Shown: positions 10,997 through 26,680 of the stretch, piece by piece
Position numbering within the stretch: position 1 is the stretch's first letter
Layout of the letters: each line of letters starts with the position of its first letter
Assembly (NCBI GenBank): GCA_913045275.1
Contig: CAJWPG010000001.1
Coordinates: forward strand, 4,776-68,775
Source of the DNA: an uncultured Pelagibacteraceae bacterium
Lineage (GTDB): Bacteria > Pseudomonadota > Alphaproteobacteria > Pelagibacterales > Pelagibacteraceae
Direction: 5' to 3'
Length of the DNA: 64,000 nt
Made by a program: the position numbers and the translations under genes
Notes under the pieces: generated by a model
Databases searched by the model: none
Told to the model about the DNA's origin: nothing
Seen by the model: the letters and a program-made list of their open reading frames with translations, nothing else

Positions 10997-12310
10997 ATGA
11001 GTGAAAAAATTTTAGTTCCAGTATTAGGAGAGAGCATAAACGAGGCAACCGTTTCTAAATGGTTAAAGAATAAAGGAGATATTGTTAATGCTGACGAAGC
11101 AATTGTAGAACTCGAAACTGATAAAGTTAATTTAGAAGTACCAGCATCTATAAATGGAGTTTTATCAGAAATCAATTCAAATGAAGGTGACACAGTTCAA
11201 GTAGGCTCAGTGTTAGGAGTTATTTCAGATTCAAAAGTAAAAATTGATAAAACTCAAAAAGTAGAAAAAATAAAACTTAAGAATATTAAAATTCAAGAAA
11301 AAGAGGAAAAAAATAATACTATTAACTTAGAATCAGATAATAAAAAGAATTCAGATTATCAAGAAGAACCTTTGATTTTGAATGAAGAAGAACCTTTAAT
11401 ATTAAATGAAGAAGCAGAAGTAGAAGAGAGAGAATTAAAACATTTAGAGAAAAATACAAATTTATCGCCTGCTGTAAGAAAAATTGTTACTGAAAAAAAA
11501 ATAGATATTAATCAAGTTAAAGGAACCGGTAAAGATGGTAGAATTTTAAAAGGTGATCTAATCACTTTAATGGGAGAAAGCCCACAACCCAATCAAAGAA
11601 AAATTCAATTTGGTGAAGAAGAGAGAATTAAGATGACAAGACTTCGTCAAACTATAGCAAAAAGGCTTAAGGAGGCTCAAGAAAATGCAGCCATGTTAAC
11701 TACTTTTAATGAAGTTGATATGTCGGGAATAATTTCTATGAGAAAAAAAAATCAAGAAGATTTTCAAAATAGATACAATATTAAACTAGGCTTCATGTCT
11801 TTTTTTGTAAAAGCTTGTGTTGTTGGATTAAAATTATTTCCTGCAATAAATGCAGAGATTGAAGGACAAGATATCATTTATAAAAATTATTATAATATTA
11901 GTTTTGCTGTAGGAACCGAAAAAGGTCTTGTAGTGCCAGTATTAAAAAATGCAGATGAGATGTCATTTGCTGATATAGAAAATGAAATAAAAAAACTATC
12001 TGACAAAGCAAAAAATGGAAGTTTAACAATTGAAGATTTGCAGGGCGGCACATTTACTATAAGCAATGGTGGCGTTTATGGATCTATGCTTTCAACACCA
12101 ATACTTAATCCACCTCAATCAGGAGTATTGGGTATGCATAATATAGTTGAGAGACCAGTTGCAGAGAATGGAGATATTACAATTAAACCAGTTATGTATT
12201 TAGCTCTATCATACGATCATAGAATTATTGATGGAAAAGATTCAGTATCTTTTCTCAAAACAATCAAAGAAAACCTGGAAGATCCTAGAAGATTATTTTT
12301 AAATATTTAA
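10997..12310 (+). CDS. sucB: Dihydrolipoyllysine succinyltransferase (E2)
   Basis: Lipoyl ETDKV, E3-binding [12 protein letters not shown], catalytic YDHRIIDG. Confidence 0.97.
   Translation: MSEKILVPVLGESINEATVSKWLKNKGDIVNADEAIVELETDKVNLEVPASINGVLSEINSNEGDTVQVGSVLGVISDSKVKIDKTQKVEKIKLKNIKIQEKEEKNNTINLESDNKKNSDYQEEPLILNEEEPLILNEEAEVEERELKHLEKNTNLSPAVRKIVTEKKIDINQVKGTGKDGRILKGDLITLMGESPQPNQRKIQFGEEERIKMTRLRQTIAKRLKEAQENAAMLTTFNEVDMSGIISMRKKNQEDFQNRYNIKLGFMSFFVKACVVGLKLFPAINAEIEGQDIIYKNYYNISFAVGTEKGLVVPVLKNADEMSFADIENEIKKLSDKAKNGSLTIEDLQGGTFTISNGGVYGSMLSTPILNPPQSGVLGMHNIVERPVAENGDITIKPVMYLALSYDHRIIDGKDSVSFLKTIKENLEDPRRLFLNI
11363..11410 (+). repeat. Imperfect 24-bp tandem duplication in the SucB linker (EEPLILNE x2)
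   Basis: gaagaacctttgattttgaatgaa followed by gaagaacctttaatattaaatgaa. Confidence 0.85.
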
Positions 12311-13708
12311 ATGTCTGAAAAATTTGATGTAACTGTAATTGGTGGTGGTCCGGGAGGTTATGTTTGTGCAATTAGACTTTCCCAGCTAGGACTTAAAACG
12401 GCATGTATAGAGTCAAGAAGTACATTAGGAGGCACTTGTTTAAACATAGGATGCATACCTTCAAAAAGCCTACTTAATCTTTCAGAAAATTTTCATAAAG
12501 CAAAAAATTTTAATAAAATTGGAATTGAAACTGGAGAAATAAAGCTAAATCTTTCAAAAATGATGGAAAATAAAGATAAAACTGTAACAACTTTAACAAA
12601 AGGTATTGAATTTTTATTTAAGAAAAACAAAATATCTTATTTCAAAGGAATTGGATCATTTAAAGGCTCAAACGAAATATCAATTGTTAAGGATGGTAAA
12701 GAAACAACCATTATAACAGGCAAAACCATAGTAAGCACGGGATCAGAACCGGTATCTTTACCAGGAATAGATTTTGATGAAGAAAAAATACTTTCTTCAA
12801 CAGGGGCATTATCTATTTCTTCTGTACCAAAAAAAATGATCGTCGTTGGTGGAGGATATATAGGTTTAGAGATGGGTTCTGTATGGTCAAGACTGGGAAC
12901 AGAGGTTCAAGTAGTAGAATTTTTAGGACATATTACTCCTGGCATGGATAAAGAAATTTCTAATGAATTTATGAAAATTCTAAAAAAACAAGGAATTAAA
13001 TTTGAGTTAAATACAAAAGTAGAAAAAATTACAAAAAAAAATAATGGAGTAATAATTGAAATATCAAATAAAAATGGTGAAAAAAATAAATTAGAAGCAG
13101 ACGTGGTATTAATATCGGTTGGAAGAAAACCATTTACAAGTAATTTAAATTTAGAAAATATTGGTGTGGAGCTTGATAAAAAAGGAAGAGTAAAAGTGAA
13201 TAAAAATTTTGAAACTAATATAAAAAATATTTATGCAATAGGGGATGTAATTGAAGGTCCAATGTTAGCGCACAAAGCTGAAGAAGAAGGAATTGCGGTA
13301 GCAGAATTAATTGCTGGTCAATCAGGGCATGTAAATTACGAGGTAATTCCAGGAGTAATATATACCTCTCCAGAAGTTGCTTCAGTTGGAAAGACTGAAG
13401 AACAGTTAAAAGAAAAAGGAACATCTTATAAAATTGGAAAATTTCCTTTTGCGGCAAATTCTAGAGCTAAAGCAATAAATGATTCAGAAGGATTCGTTAA
13501 AATTTTAGCTGATAGTGTTACTGATATAGTGCTAGGTGTACATATAATAGGTCCTCATGCAGGCGAAATGATAGCCGAGATGTCTGTGGCTATGGAATTT
13601 GGTGCAAGCTCAGAAGATATAGCACGAACTTGTCATGCCCACCCCACATTTTCTGAGGCTATAAAAGAAGCCGCATTATCAGTAGATAAAAGGCAAATTC
13701 ATTCATAA
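12311..13708 (+). CDS. lpdA: Dihydrolipoamide dehydrogenase (E3)
   Basis: GGGPGGY, GGTCLNIGCIPSK redox disulfide, HAHPTFSE. Confidence 0.98.
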   Translation: MSEKFDVTVIGGGPGGYVCAIRLSQLGLKTACIESRSTLGGTCLNIGCIPSKSLLNLSENFHKAKNFNKIGIETGEIKLNLSKMMENKDKTVTTLTKGIEFLFKKNKISYFKGIGSFKGSNEISIVKDGKETTIITGKTIVSTGSEPVSLPGIDFDEEKILSSTGALSISSVPKKMIVVGGGYIGLEMGSVWSRLGTEVQVVEFLGHITPGMDKEISNEFMKILKKQGIKFELNTKVEKITKKNNGVIIEISNKNGEKNKLEADVVLISVGRKPFTSNLNLENIGVELDKKGRVKVNKNFETNIKNIYAIGDVIEGPMLAHKAEEEGIAVAELIAGQSGHVNYEVIPGVIYTSPEVASVGKTEEQLKEKGTSYKIGKFPFAANSRAKAINDSEGFVKILADSVTDIVLGVHIIGPHAGEMIAEMSVAMEFGASSEDIARTCHAHPTFSEAIKEAALSVDKRQIHS

Positions 13709-13729
13709 TATAATTTCATAATAGAATTT

Positions 13730-15685
13730 ATGAAATATCCAGTATTGGTTCCGAATATTTTTAATTATCCTTTTACATATGAAAGCGAAATTAAACTTCA
13801 AGTTGGCGATTATGTAAAAGTTCCTTTTGGAAAATCAGTAATTACAGGAGTAATTTGGAATGATTTTGAAAAAACGAAAAATAAAAAATTTAATATTAAA
13901 AAAATTCTTGAGAAAATTAATATTAAACCTTTAAAAAATGAAACGATAAATTTTTTAAATTTGTTATCTGAATACAACTTAGTTCCCAAAGGCATGTGTT
14001 TAAAAATGCATCTTTTAGGAGGAGAAGCCATACATCCTTTTGATAAAAATGAATATGACGAATATAATTTAGTTAACAAAAAAACCGATTTTAAACTTTC
14101 TACTGAACAAAAAAAAATTTTAAAAGAAGTACTAATAAATTCAAAAGATTTTAGGGTACACTTGCTTCAAGGAACTACCGGATCTGGAAAAACTATAGTT
14201 TATTTTGGAGCTATAGAAGATAAATTAAATCAAGGTTTTCAGGCATTAATATTACTTCCAGAAATAGGTCTAACAAATGAATTTGAAAAAAAATTTAAAG
14301 AATATTTTGGATTTAATGCTGCCGTATGGCATTCTGGAATAACTCAAAAAAGAAAAAAAATTATTTGGAGTGGCCTTTCTGAAGGAAAAATAAAAGTAGT
14401 AATTGGCGCAAGGTCTTCTCTATTCCTTCCTTTTAAAAAACTAGGAGTGATAATAGTTGATGAAGAACATGATCAGTCTTATAAACAAGACGAAGGTGTG
14501 AATTATAATGCTAGAGATATGGCAATAGCTAGAGCTAGCTTTGAAAATATACCTATAAATTTAGTTACAGCCGTTCCATCGATAGAAACATATGCAAATA
14601 TAAAAAGTAATAAATATTCTTTTTCAAGGTTGATTAATAGATATAAGAAAGCAAATTTACCTTCACATCAAATAATTAATTTAAAAAAAAATAAATTGTC
14701 CAAACAATCTTGGATATCTTCAGATACAGTTGATAAAGTAAAAGAACATTTAAAATTAGGAAATCAGATTCTTTTTTTTATAAATAGAAGAGGTTTTGCT
14801 CCTTATGTTTTATGTAAAAATTGTTTAAAAGTTTTTTCGTGTCCAAATTGTTCAATTAATTTAGTTTATCACAAAAATAAAAAAAATCTTCTTTGTCATT
14901 ATTGTGGATTTAAATCGCTGCTAAATAGAAAATGTGAAAAAAAAAAATTATGTGAATTTATATTTAGTGGCTTAGGAGTTGAAAGAGTTTTAGATGAAGC
15001 AAAATTATTATTTCCAAATGAAAAAATATCTATTTTTTCAAGTGATACTATGAACAAAGCATCATCAAAAAAAACACTAGACAAAATTATAAAAGGGGAG
15101 ATAAATATTTTAATAGGAACACAATTAATTTCTAAAGGTTTTCATTTTCCAAATTTAAATTGTATAGTTATTTTAGATATTGATTTAACTTCCCAAGGTC
15201 ATGATTTAAGGAGTGCAGAAAAGAATTTACAACTATATCATCAATTATCTGGAAGAGCAGGAAGAACAGGCAAACCAGCGACAGTTTATTTTCAAACATA
15301 TGATTTAAAATCAGAAGTTATAAACCAAATGACAAACGAGGATCCTTTTATTTTTTTAAATAGAGAATTAGAATTAAGAAAGAAAAATAATCTGCCGCCG
15401 TTTGAAAGATTTATTTCTCTAATTTTGACTTCCTCAAATGAAAAAAAATTAGAAAAAGAATCATTAAATTTAAAAGAATATTTATCAAAATTAATTAATG
15501 AAAAAGTTTTAGGACCCGTGGAATCTCCAATTTATAAAATTAAAAAAAAATATAGGCAAAGAATACTAATTAGGGCTAAAAAAAATTCAAAAATTCAAAA
15601 AAGTCTTAGAGTTTTACTGGATAAGTATAAATTGCCTTTAGAAATAAAACTAACAGTTGATGTTGACCCTATAAGCTTCAATTAG
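13730..15685 (+). CDS. priA: Primosomal protein N' (replication restart helicase)
   Basis: GTTGSGKT, DEEHD, Cys-rich region, QLSGRAGR, C-terminal VDVDP. Confidence 0.95.
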   Translation: MKYPVLVPNIFNYPFTYESEIKLQVGDYVKVPFGKSVITGVIWNDFEKTKNKKFNIKKILEKINIKPLKNETINFLNLLSEYNLVPKGMCLKMHLLGGEAIHPFDKNEYDEYNLVNKKTDFKLSTEQKKILKEVLINSKDFRVHLLQGTTGSGKTIVYFGAIEDKLNQGFQALILLPEIGLTNEFEKKFKEYFGFNAAVWHSGITQKRKKIIWSGLSEGKIKVVIGARSSLFLPFKKLGVIIVDEEHDQSYKQDEGVNYNARDMAIARASFENIPINLVTAVPSIETYANIKSNKYSFSRLINRYKKANLPSHQIINLKKNKLSKQSWISSDTVDKVKEHLKLGNQILFFINRRGFAPYVLCKNCLKVFSCPNCSINLVYHKNKKNLLCHYCGFKSLLNRKCEKKKLCEFIFSGLGVERVLDEAKLLFPNEKISIFSSDTMNKASSKKTLDKIIKGEINILIGTQLISKGFHFPNLNCIVILDIDLTSQGHDLRSAEKNLQLYHQLSGRAGRTGKPATVYFQTYDLKSEVINQMTNEDPFIFLNRELELRKKNNLPPFERFISLILTSSNEKKLEKESLNLKEYLSKLINEKVLGPVESPIYKIKKKYRQRILIRAKKNSKIQKSLRVLLDKYKLPLEIKLTVDVDPISFN

Positions 15686-15720
15686 CGCACTAAATCATGG
15701 CATATTTTATAATCTGAGCC

Positions 15721-15749
15721 TTGAAGACTCATTATTCATATGTTATTTA
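15721..15749 (+). promoter_or_regulatory. Putative sigma70 promoter of the atp operon
   Basis: TTGAAG-17 bp-TATTTA with TG extension, 40 bp upstream of atpH. Confidence 0.45.
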
Positions 15750-15788
15750 AGCGAAATTTTTAAAATATCTTCAAATAGTGAGCAAAAA

Positions 15789-16343
15789 TTGAGCAATAAC
15801 AATAGCACTTTCTTGACTAAAAATAGTTATTCCCAAGCTCTATTCGAGCTAGCTTCTGAAAATAATTCAACAAACGATATTGAAATCCAAGTTTCCTCAA
15901 TACTTGGATTAATTGATAAAAGTAAAGATTTTAAAGATCTTATTAAAGACCCAACTAATAAAATAGAAAATCAATTAAAAGCCATCAATACAATCTCAAA
16001 TCAATTTAAATTCAATGAATTGTTAAAAAAATTTCTTGGGTTTTTAGTTTCAAAAAGAAGATTTTTTTATGTTGAAAAAATATTAAATGATTTTCTTTTT
16101 ATTTGTTCAAATGCGAGAGGTGAGATACAAGCAGAACTTTCTGCAGCAAAAAATTTAAATGAAAATGAAATTAATAATATAAAAAATGAACTGTCTTCAA
16201 CTTTTGGTTCAAATATAAAACTAAAACATAAATATGATCCGAGTTTAATTGGAGGTTTAATCATAAAAGTTGGAAGTATAATGATTGATACTTCGATAAA
16301 AAATAAATTACAACAAATAGAAAAGAAAATGATAGAGGCATAA
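15789..16343 (+). CDS. atpH: ATP synthase F1 delta subunit
   Basis: YSQALFELA, DPSLIGGLIIKVGSIMIDTSIK; first gene of atpHAGDC; TTG start. Confidence 0.95.
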   Translation: MSNNNSTFLTKNSYSQALFELASENNSTNDIEIQVSSILGLIDKSKDFKDLIKDPTNKIENQLKAINTISNQFKFNELLKKFLGFLVSKRRFFYVEKILNDFLFICSNARGEIQAELSAAKNLNENEINNIKNELSSTFGSNIKLKHKYDPSLIGGLIIKVGSIMIDTSIKNKLQQIEKKMIEA

Positions 16344-17879
16344 ATGGAAATAAATCCTTCAGAAGTAACAAAAATATTAAAAGAACAAATAAATAAATTT
16401 GGAGATAAAGCTGAAGTTTCAGAAGTTGGACAAGTACTTTCAGTAGGAGATGGTATTGCTAGAATATATGGTTTAGACAATGTTCAGGCTGGAGAAATGG
16501 TAGAATTCTCAGACGGTTCAAAAGGTATGGCTTTAAACTTAGAAAGTGATAACGTTGGTGTTGTAATTTTTGGAGATGACAGAGCAATTAAAGAAGGAGA
16601 TACTGTTAAAAGAACTGGTGCAATTGTAGATGCTCCAGTAGGCAAAGAGTTATTGGGTAGAGTTGTTGATGGATTGGGAAATCCAATAGATGGAAAAGGT
16701 GCATTAGACAAAGGAGTAAAAAAAAGCAGAGTTGAAGTAAAGGCCCCAGGAATTATTCCTCGTAAATCAGTCAGCGAACCAATGCAAACTGGACTTAAAT
16801 CTATTGATAGTTTGGTTCCAATTGGAAGAGGTCAAAGAGAATTAATTATCGGAGACAGACAAACGGGTAAAACGGCAGTTGCTATTGATACAATTATAAA
16901 TCAAAAAAAAATAAATGAGTCTAATGATGAGAAACAAAAGTTGTACTGTGTTTATGTGGCGATAGGACAAAAAAGATCTACTGTTAGACAAATTGAAAAA
17001 ACATTAGAAGAAGCTGGGGCAATGGAATATACAACTATTGTTGCAGCTACAGCCTCAGATGCGGCTCCACTTCAATTTTTAGCTCCTTATACTGGTTGTA
17101 CAATGGGAGAATATTTTAGAGATAACGGAATGCATGCATTAATTATATATGATGATCTTTCAAAACAAGCAGTTGCTTATAGACAGATGTCTCTATTATT
17201 AAGAAGACCTCCGGGAAGAGAAGCATATCCTGGAGATGTATTTTACTTACATAGCAGATTACTTGAAAGAGCAGCTAAATTGAGCGATGAGCATGGAGGA
17301 GGGTCGTTGACAGCACTTCCAATAATTGAAACACAAGGTGGAGATGTTTCTGCATTTATTCCTACAAATGTAATTTCAATTACAGATGGTCAAATCTTTT
17401 TAGAAACAGAATTATTTAATCAGGGTATAAGACCAGCTATTAACGTAGGATTATCAGTATCTAGAGTTGGATCTTCAGCACAAACAAAAGCAATGAAAAA
17501 AGTTTCTGGATCGATGAAACTTGAACTTGCTCAATATAGAGAAATGGCAGCATTTGCTCAGTTTGGATCAGACTTAGATGCTTCTACCCAGAAACTTCTT
17601 AACAGAGGATCTAAATTAACCGAATTGCTCAAACAAAAGCAATACTCACCTATGACTGTAGCCGAGCAAGTAATTTCAGTATTTTGTGGTGTTAAAGGTC
17701 ATCTGGATGATGTTGAACAAAAAAACATTGCTGAGTTTGAAAATAAAATTATAGAAAAATGCAAATCTGAAAAATCAGAAATTTTAGATTCAATAAAAAG
17801 TTCGGGTAAACTTGAAGAAGATATGGAAAAATCTTTAACTGAAGTTATTACAGAACTTAAGAAAAACTTTAAATCTTAG
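16344..17879 (+). CDS. atpA: ATP synthase F1 alpha subunit
   Basis: [30 protein letters not shown]. Confidence 0.99.
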   Translation: MEINPSEVTKILKEQINKFGDKAEVSEVGQVLSVGDGIARIYGLDNVQAGEMVEFSDGSKGMALNLESDNVGVVIFGDDRAIKEGDTVKRTGAIVDAPVGKELLGRVVDGLGNPIDGKGALDKGVKKSRVEVKAPGIIPRKSVSEPMQTGLKSIDSLVPIGRGQRELIIGDRQTGKTAVAIDTIINQKKINESNDEKQKLYCVYVAIGQKRSTVRQIEKTLEEAGAMEYTTIVAATASDAAPLQFLAPYTGCTMGEYFRDNGMHALIIYDDLSKQAVAYRQMSLLLRRPPGREAYPGDVFYLHSRLLERAAKLSDEHGGGSLTALPIIETQGGDVSAFIPTNVISITDGQIFLETELFNQGIRPAINVGLSVSRVGSSAQTKAMKKVSGSMKLELAQYREMAAFAQFGSDLDASTQKLLNRGSKLTELLKQKQYSPMTVAEQVISVFCGVKGHLDDVEQKNIAEFENKIIEKCKSEKSEILDSIKSSGKLEEDMEKSLTEVITELKKNFKS

Positions 17880-17883
17880 ATAA

Positions 17884-20179
<2,296 letters not shown>

Positions 20180-20180
<1 letters not shown>

Positions 20181-20578
20181 TGAGTGAACATTTTAACATT
20201 GAAATTGTAAATCCAGAAAAATCTTTTTTATCAAAAGAAAATGTTTCAGAGGTTGTTATTCCTGCTTTTGAAGGAGAGATTGGAATTTTAAAGGATCACA
20301 TACCCATAATATCTTTTTTAAAACCTGGAATAATTAAAGTTTTTACAGGCACAGAGGAAGAAAATTATTATGTAGAAGATGGAATTGTTGAATTTAAAGA
20401 CAATTCATTGTCTATACTTACTAGTTCAATTTTTAATTTAAAAGATATTGACAATAACCATATTAATAATTCTATTTTAGAAGCTGAGAAAGAATTATCC
20501 AAAGATGAAATAGATGATCAAAAAAGATTTCTGTTAAATCATAAAGTTGAGGTTTTAAAATCTTTAAGCATTAACTAG
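20180..20578 (+). CDS. atpC: ATP synthase F1 epsilon subunit
   Basis: IVNPE, EGEIGILKDHIP; follows atpD. Confidence 0.95.
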
Positions 20579-21048
20579 ATAATTTTATATAGTTCTTTTT
20601 GGATTTGCTTATAAACGTGAACTTTAAATTCAACAACTTCATCTGTTAAATTATCAATATTTACCCATTTCCAATCTAAGAACTCTGGGTGTTTGGTATT
20701 AATGTTTATTTCTTTTTCTTCCCCATCAAATCTTACTATAAACCATTTTTGTTTTTGACCTTTATATTTTCCTTTCCAAATAATTCCTATTAAGTGATTA
20801 GGTAATAGATAAGTAGTTAAACCATCTATTTCTTTGATTAATGATACAGTTTTAATACTGGTTTCTTCTTCTAATTCGCGAATAGCCGCTTCATAAAATT
20901 CTTCTCCATTGTCAATACCACCTTGCGGCATCTGCCAAAATTTTTTTGGATTATCAATTCTTTTTGCAAGAAATACTTGATTTTTTTTATTTAATACAAC
21001 AATGCCTACGCCACTTCTTAGTGGCAAATCTTTGTATTTTTTTTTCAT
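20575..21048 (-). CDS. rppH: RNA pyrophosphohydrolase (Nudix)
   Basis: WQMPQGGID...AAIRELEEETS Nudix box, KGQKQKWF. Confidence 0.93.
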   Translation of the reverse strand: MKKKYKDLPLRSGVGIVVLNKKNQVFLAKRIDNPKKFWQMPQGGIDNGEEFYEAAIRELEEETSIKTVSLIKEIDGLTTYLLPNHLIGIIWKGKYKGQKQKWFIVRFDGEEKEININTKHPEFLDWKWVNIDNLTDEVVEFKVHVYKQIQKELYKII

Positions 21049-21050
21049 TA

Positions 21051-22190
21051 TTAGCCGTTAAGAAGTTTTAAAGCGAAATTTAATTGATTATCAGTTTCAG
21101 TATTTAATTTAAAATCGTCGGAGTTTTCATCTACTTCAATATCTGGAGTGACACCAACACTTGAAATAGATTTTCCAGAAGGCAAATAATATTTTGATAC
21201 AGTTAATCTTATGGCACCATCATTTTTCAAAGGTATGATTGATTGAACTGAGCCTTTTCCATATGTGCTTTCTCCAACTAAAATAGCTCTTTTGTGATCT
21301 TGTAAGGCACCTGCAACTATTTCTGAAGCTGAAGCAGAGCCATAGTTTATTAAAACTATCATTGTATTAGCATTTAATATATCGCCTTTTTTTGCGAACC
21401 ATTTTCTATTTTCATATTTTCTTTTGCTTTTAGTAGAAACAATTTCTCCGTTATCTAAAAAAAAATCTGATATCTTTATTGCTTGAGAAAGAAGACCGCC
21501 GGGATTATTTCTTAAATCTAAAATATAATTTTCTATTTTTTCGTTTTTATTAAATTCTTTTATTTTATCATTTATTTGACTGCTGCTATTTTCATTAAAT
21601 GAGGTTAGTCTTATATATCCAGTTTTTTCATCTAAAATTTTAGATTTAACAGAAGCAACTTTAATAATATCTCTTGTAATTGTAAAAGTTAAAGCTTTTC
21701 TTTCACCTCTTCTTCTTACAGTTATTTCAATATCTGTTCCAACTGGTCCTCTCATTAGATCAACTGCCTCAGTAAGAGACTTTCCTTGGACCTGAGTGTC
21801 ATTTATTTTTACAATATAATCTCCAGCTTTTACACCAACTTTTGAAGCTGGTGAATTATCTATTGGAGATATTACTTTAACAACTCCGGCTTCCATTCCA
21901 ACTTCAATACCTAGTCCCCCAAATTCTCCACTAGTTTCCGTTCGCATATTTTTAAAAGAATCTGGTGACATGTACGCAGAATATGGATCCAAGGATTGCA
22001 AAACACCATTGATAGCAGCATCCATAGCTTCACTTTGATTTACATCATCAACATATTCTTTATTAATTTTATCTAACACCTCGCTAAATAAATCAATTTT
22101 TTTATAGATGTCATCTTCATTTGCAGCATAACCTGTAGAAAAGAAGATTATAAAAAGAAATAAAAATACATTTTTTAATATATTTTTCAT
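21051..22190 (-). CDS. ctpA: Carboxy-terminal processing protease, S41 family
   Basis: LDPYS, PDZ GGLGI, DLRNNPGG, SASASEIVAGALQD, GKGSVQ; signal peptide. Confidence 0.95.
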   Translation of the reverse strand: MKNILKNVFLFLFIIFFSTGYAANEDDIYKKIDLFSEVLDKINKEYVDDVNQSEAMDAAINGVLQSLDPYSAYMSPDSFKNMRTETSGEFGGLGIEVGMEAGVVKVISPIDNSPASKVGVKAGDYIVKINDTQVQGKSLTEAVDLMRGPVGTDIEITVRRRGERKALTFTITRDIIKVASVKSKILDEKTGYIRLTSFNENSSSQINDKIKEFNKNEKIENYILDLRNNPGGLLSQAIKISDFFLDNGEIVSTKSKRKYENRKWFAKKGDILNANTMIVLINYGSASASEIVAGALQDHKRAILVGESTYGKGSVQSIIPLKNDGAIRLTVSKYYLPSGKSISSVGVTPDIEVDENSDDFKLNTETDNQLNFALKLLNG

Positions 22191-22537
22191 ATAATTACTT
22201 TTTCTTTAGGCATAAGTTCAGGCCACATCTTCTCTAATTCATAAAACTTTCTTTTTTTTGGATTAAAAATGTGAACTATTAAATCAATTCCATCAACTAG
22301 CTTCCAGTCATTACTATCTTTTCCTTCAATTTTACAATTTTGAATTCCGTTATTTTTAAATTTTTCAAAAACTTGCTCAGATAAAGATTGTATATGTCTA
22401 GAAGAAGTGCCGCTAGCAATTATCATATAATCAGCTATTGAGGATTTTCCTTCAAGATCAATAGATACTATATCTAATGCCTTATTTGAGTCTAAAGTAT
22501 TGATTATTTCTTTTTTAAGATTGGAAATTTTATCCAT
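22187..22537 (-). CDS. rsfS: Ribosome silencing factor (Iojap)
   Basis: KALDI, ADYMIIASGTSSRH, W-x-LVD, FYELEKMW; follows nadD. Confidence 0.93.
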   Translation of the reverse strand: MDKISNLKKEIINTLDSNKALDIVSIDLEGKSSIADYMIIASGTSSRHIQSLSEQVFEKFKNNGIQNCKIEGKDSNDWKLVDGIDLIVHIFNPKKRKFYELEKMWPELMPKEKVII

Positions 22538-22554
22538 TAATTTATTTTAGACTA

Positions 22555-23091
22555 TCAAATTTTTCTTAATTTAGAAGATGAAATATTAACTTTTCTAAAT
22601 TTTATAAAATTTATATCTTTTTTATTATATTTTTTAAAAGTAGGTGATTTTAAAGATTTTGCTTTGTATCCATACCTATCAAAGACGAGAATTTTACATA
22701 GATTGGGAATTAGATTAGATTTTTTCCATTTATGAAAACTTACTAAATTATCAGCGCCCATTATAAAATAGATTTTTGAATTATTATTTTTTTTTACAAA
22801 GTATTTTATTAAATCTATAGTTTTATTCGATTTTATTTTTTTTTCATAAAACCCAATTTTAATAAATCTATTTTTCGAATTGATATTTTTTGCATATTTT
22901 ATTCTATCTTTTAAACTTAGTGAACTTTTTGTTTTAAAAGGATTTTTTTTTGTAAGCGCCCATACTACTTGATCAAGTTTAAATTTTTTTTTTGCTTCTT
23001 TTGAAATTATTATGTGACCAATATGAGCAGGATCAAATGTTCCGCCTAATATTCCAATTTTTTTTCTATTTTCTAATTTGGCCCGACCCAT
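22555..23091 (-). CDS. nadD: Nicotinate-nucleotide adenylyltransferase
   Basis: GGTFDPAHIGH, FIMGADNL, ISSS. Confidence 0.92.
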   Translation of the reverse strand: MGRAKLENRKKIGILGGTFDPAHIGHIIISKEAKKKFKLDQVVWALTKKNPFKTKSSLSLKDRIKYAKNINSKNRFIKIGFYEKKIKSNKTIDLIKYFVKKNNNSKIYFIMGADNLVSFHKWKKSNLIPNLCKILVFDRYGYKAKSLKSPTFKKYNKKDINFIKFRKVNISSSKLRKI

Positions 23092-24312
23092 AAACTTCGT
23101 ATTTATAACTTACAAGCTGGTTAAGTCCAACAGGACCTCTTGGAGGAAGCTTATTTGTTGATATTCCTACTTCACCACCAAAACCAAATTCACCTCCATC
23201 TGCAAATTGAGTGGAAGAGTTGTGTATTGCAATTGAACTTTTTACATTTTTAATAAATAATTTTGCTGACTTTTTATTCTTAGTTATTATTGCATCTGTA
23301 TGCATCGTTCCGTATTTGTTAATGTGGTAAATAGCTTCTTTAATGTCATTTACAAGTTTTACAGATATTTTTGCAGACAAAAACTCTTTAGACCATATTT
23401 TTTCACCAGTTGGTTTCGATTTTCCTTTATATAATTTTTTTATTTTTGAGTCTGCATAAATACTACAACCATTTTTTTTTAATTCTTGTAAAATGTTATT
23501 AACAAATTTTGAATTTTTTTTGTGAATAAGCAAAGTTTCTGTTGCGCCACAAATACTTGTATTTCTCAATTTAGCATTAATTATAATTTTCTTTGCCATT
23601 TTAAGATTTGCATTTTTATCTATGTATGTATGACAAATTCCTTCGAGATGACCAATAACAGGAACTGATGATAAGTCTTGTACTTTTTTTACCAAACTTT
23701 TTCCGCCTCTTGGAATTATTACATCAATATAATTATTCATTTTTGAAAGCATAAAATCTACTAATTTTCTATTTTTGTTGTCAACAAACTGTACAAAATT
23801 TTTATTTATTTTGTTTTTTTTCAATGATTGTCTAAATAGATTTGCTAAAATTTTATTACTAAAATATGCCTCTGATCCACCTCTCAAAATTACACAATTT
23901 CCAGATTTAAAACATAAAGTAGAAACATCAGCTGTAACATTGGGTCTGCTTTCATATATTATTCCAATAATACCTATTGGTATAGTTACTCTTTTTATTT
24001 TAAGACCATTTGGTCTTTTCCATTTGTTTAATTCTATATCAACAGGATTCTTAAATTTAATAACTGTTTTAATTGATTTAATTATATAGTTTATTTTCTC
24101 TGAATTTAGAGAGAGTCTTTTAATTAAATTTTCTTTTAATTTTTTTAATTTTGCAGATTTAATATCTTTTTTATTTTGCGAGATGATTTTATTTTTATTT
24201 TTAATTATTAGCCTACAATAATCTTCTAAAACTTTATTTTTTATTTTTGAATTAATTTTACTTCTAAAAGCTACTCTAGAGTTTTTTCCAATTTTATATA
24301 ATAATTTGCTCA

Positions 24313-24313
<1 letters not shown>
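23066..24313 (-). CDS. proA: Gamma-glutamyl phosphate reductase
   Basis: IYESRPNVT, ICGATETLL, FADGGEFGFGGEVGIST, RGPVGL. Confidence 0.97.
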
Positions 24314-26392
<2,079 letters not shown>

Positions 26393-26422
26393 TTAACAAC
26401 TGATTAAATTTAGTTGTGATTA

Positions 26423-26677
26423 TTAATTGGGCTTAACTGAAACGTAAGTTCTGTCAGATCTGCTTTTTTTAAACTCTACTTTGCCCTTTGCTACTGAAAA
26501 TATTGAATGATCTTTTCCTATCCCAACATTTTCACCAGGAAAAATTTTTGTACCTCTTTGTCTAACAATTATATTGCCTGGGACTACTATTTGGCCTCCA
26601 TATTTTTTTACTCCAAGTCTTCGACCCGCACTATCTCTTCCATTTCGCGATGATCCACCAGCTTTTTTTGTTGCCAT
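26423..26677 (-). CDS. rpmA: 50S ribosomal protein L27
   Basis: [24 protein letters not shown]. Confidence 0.98.
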   Translation of the reverse strand: MATKKAGGSSRNGRDSAGRRLGVKKYGGQIVVPGNIIVRQRGTKIFPGENVGIGKDHSIFSVAKGKVEFKKSRSDRTYVSVKPN

Positions 26678-26680
26678 AAT

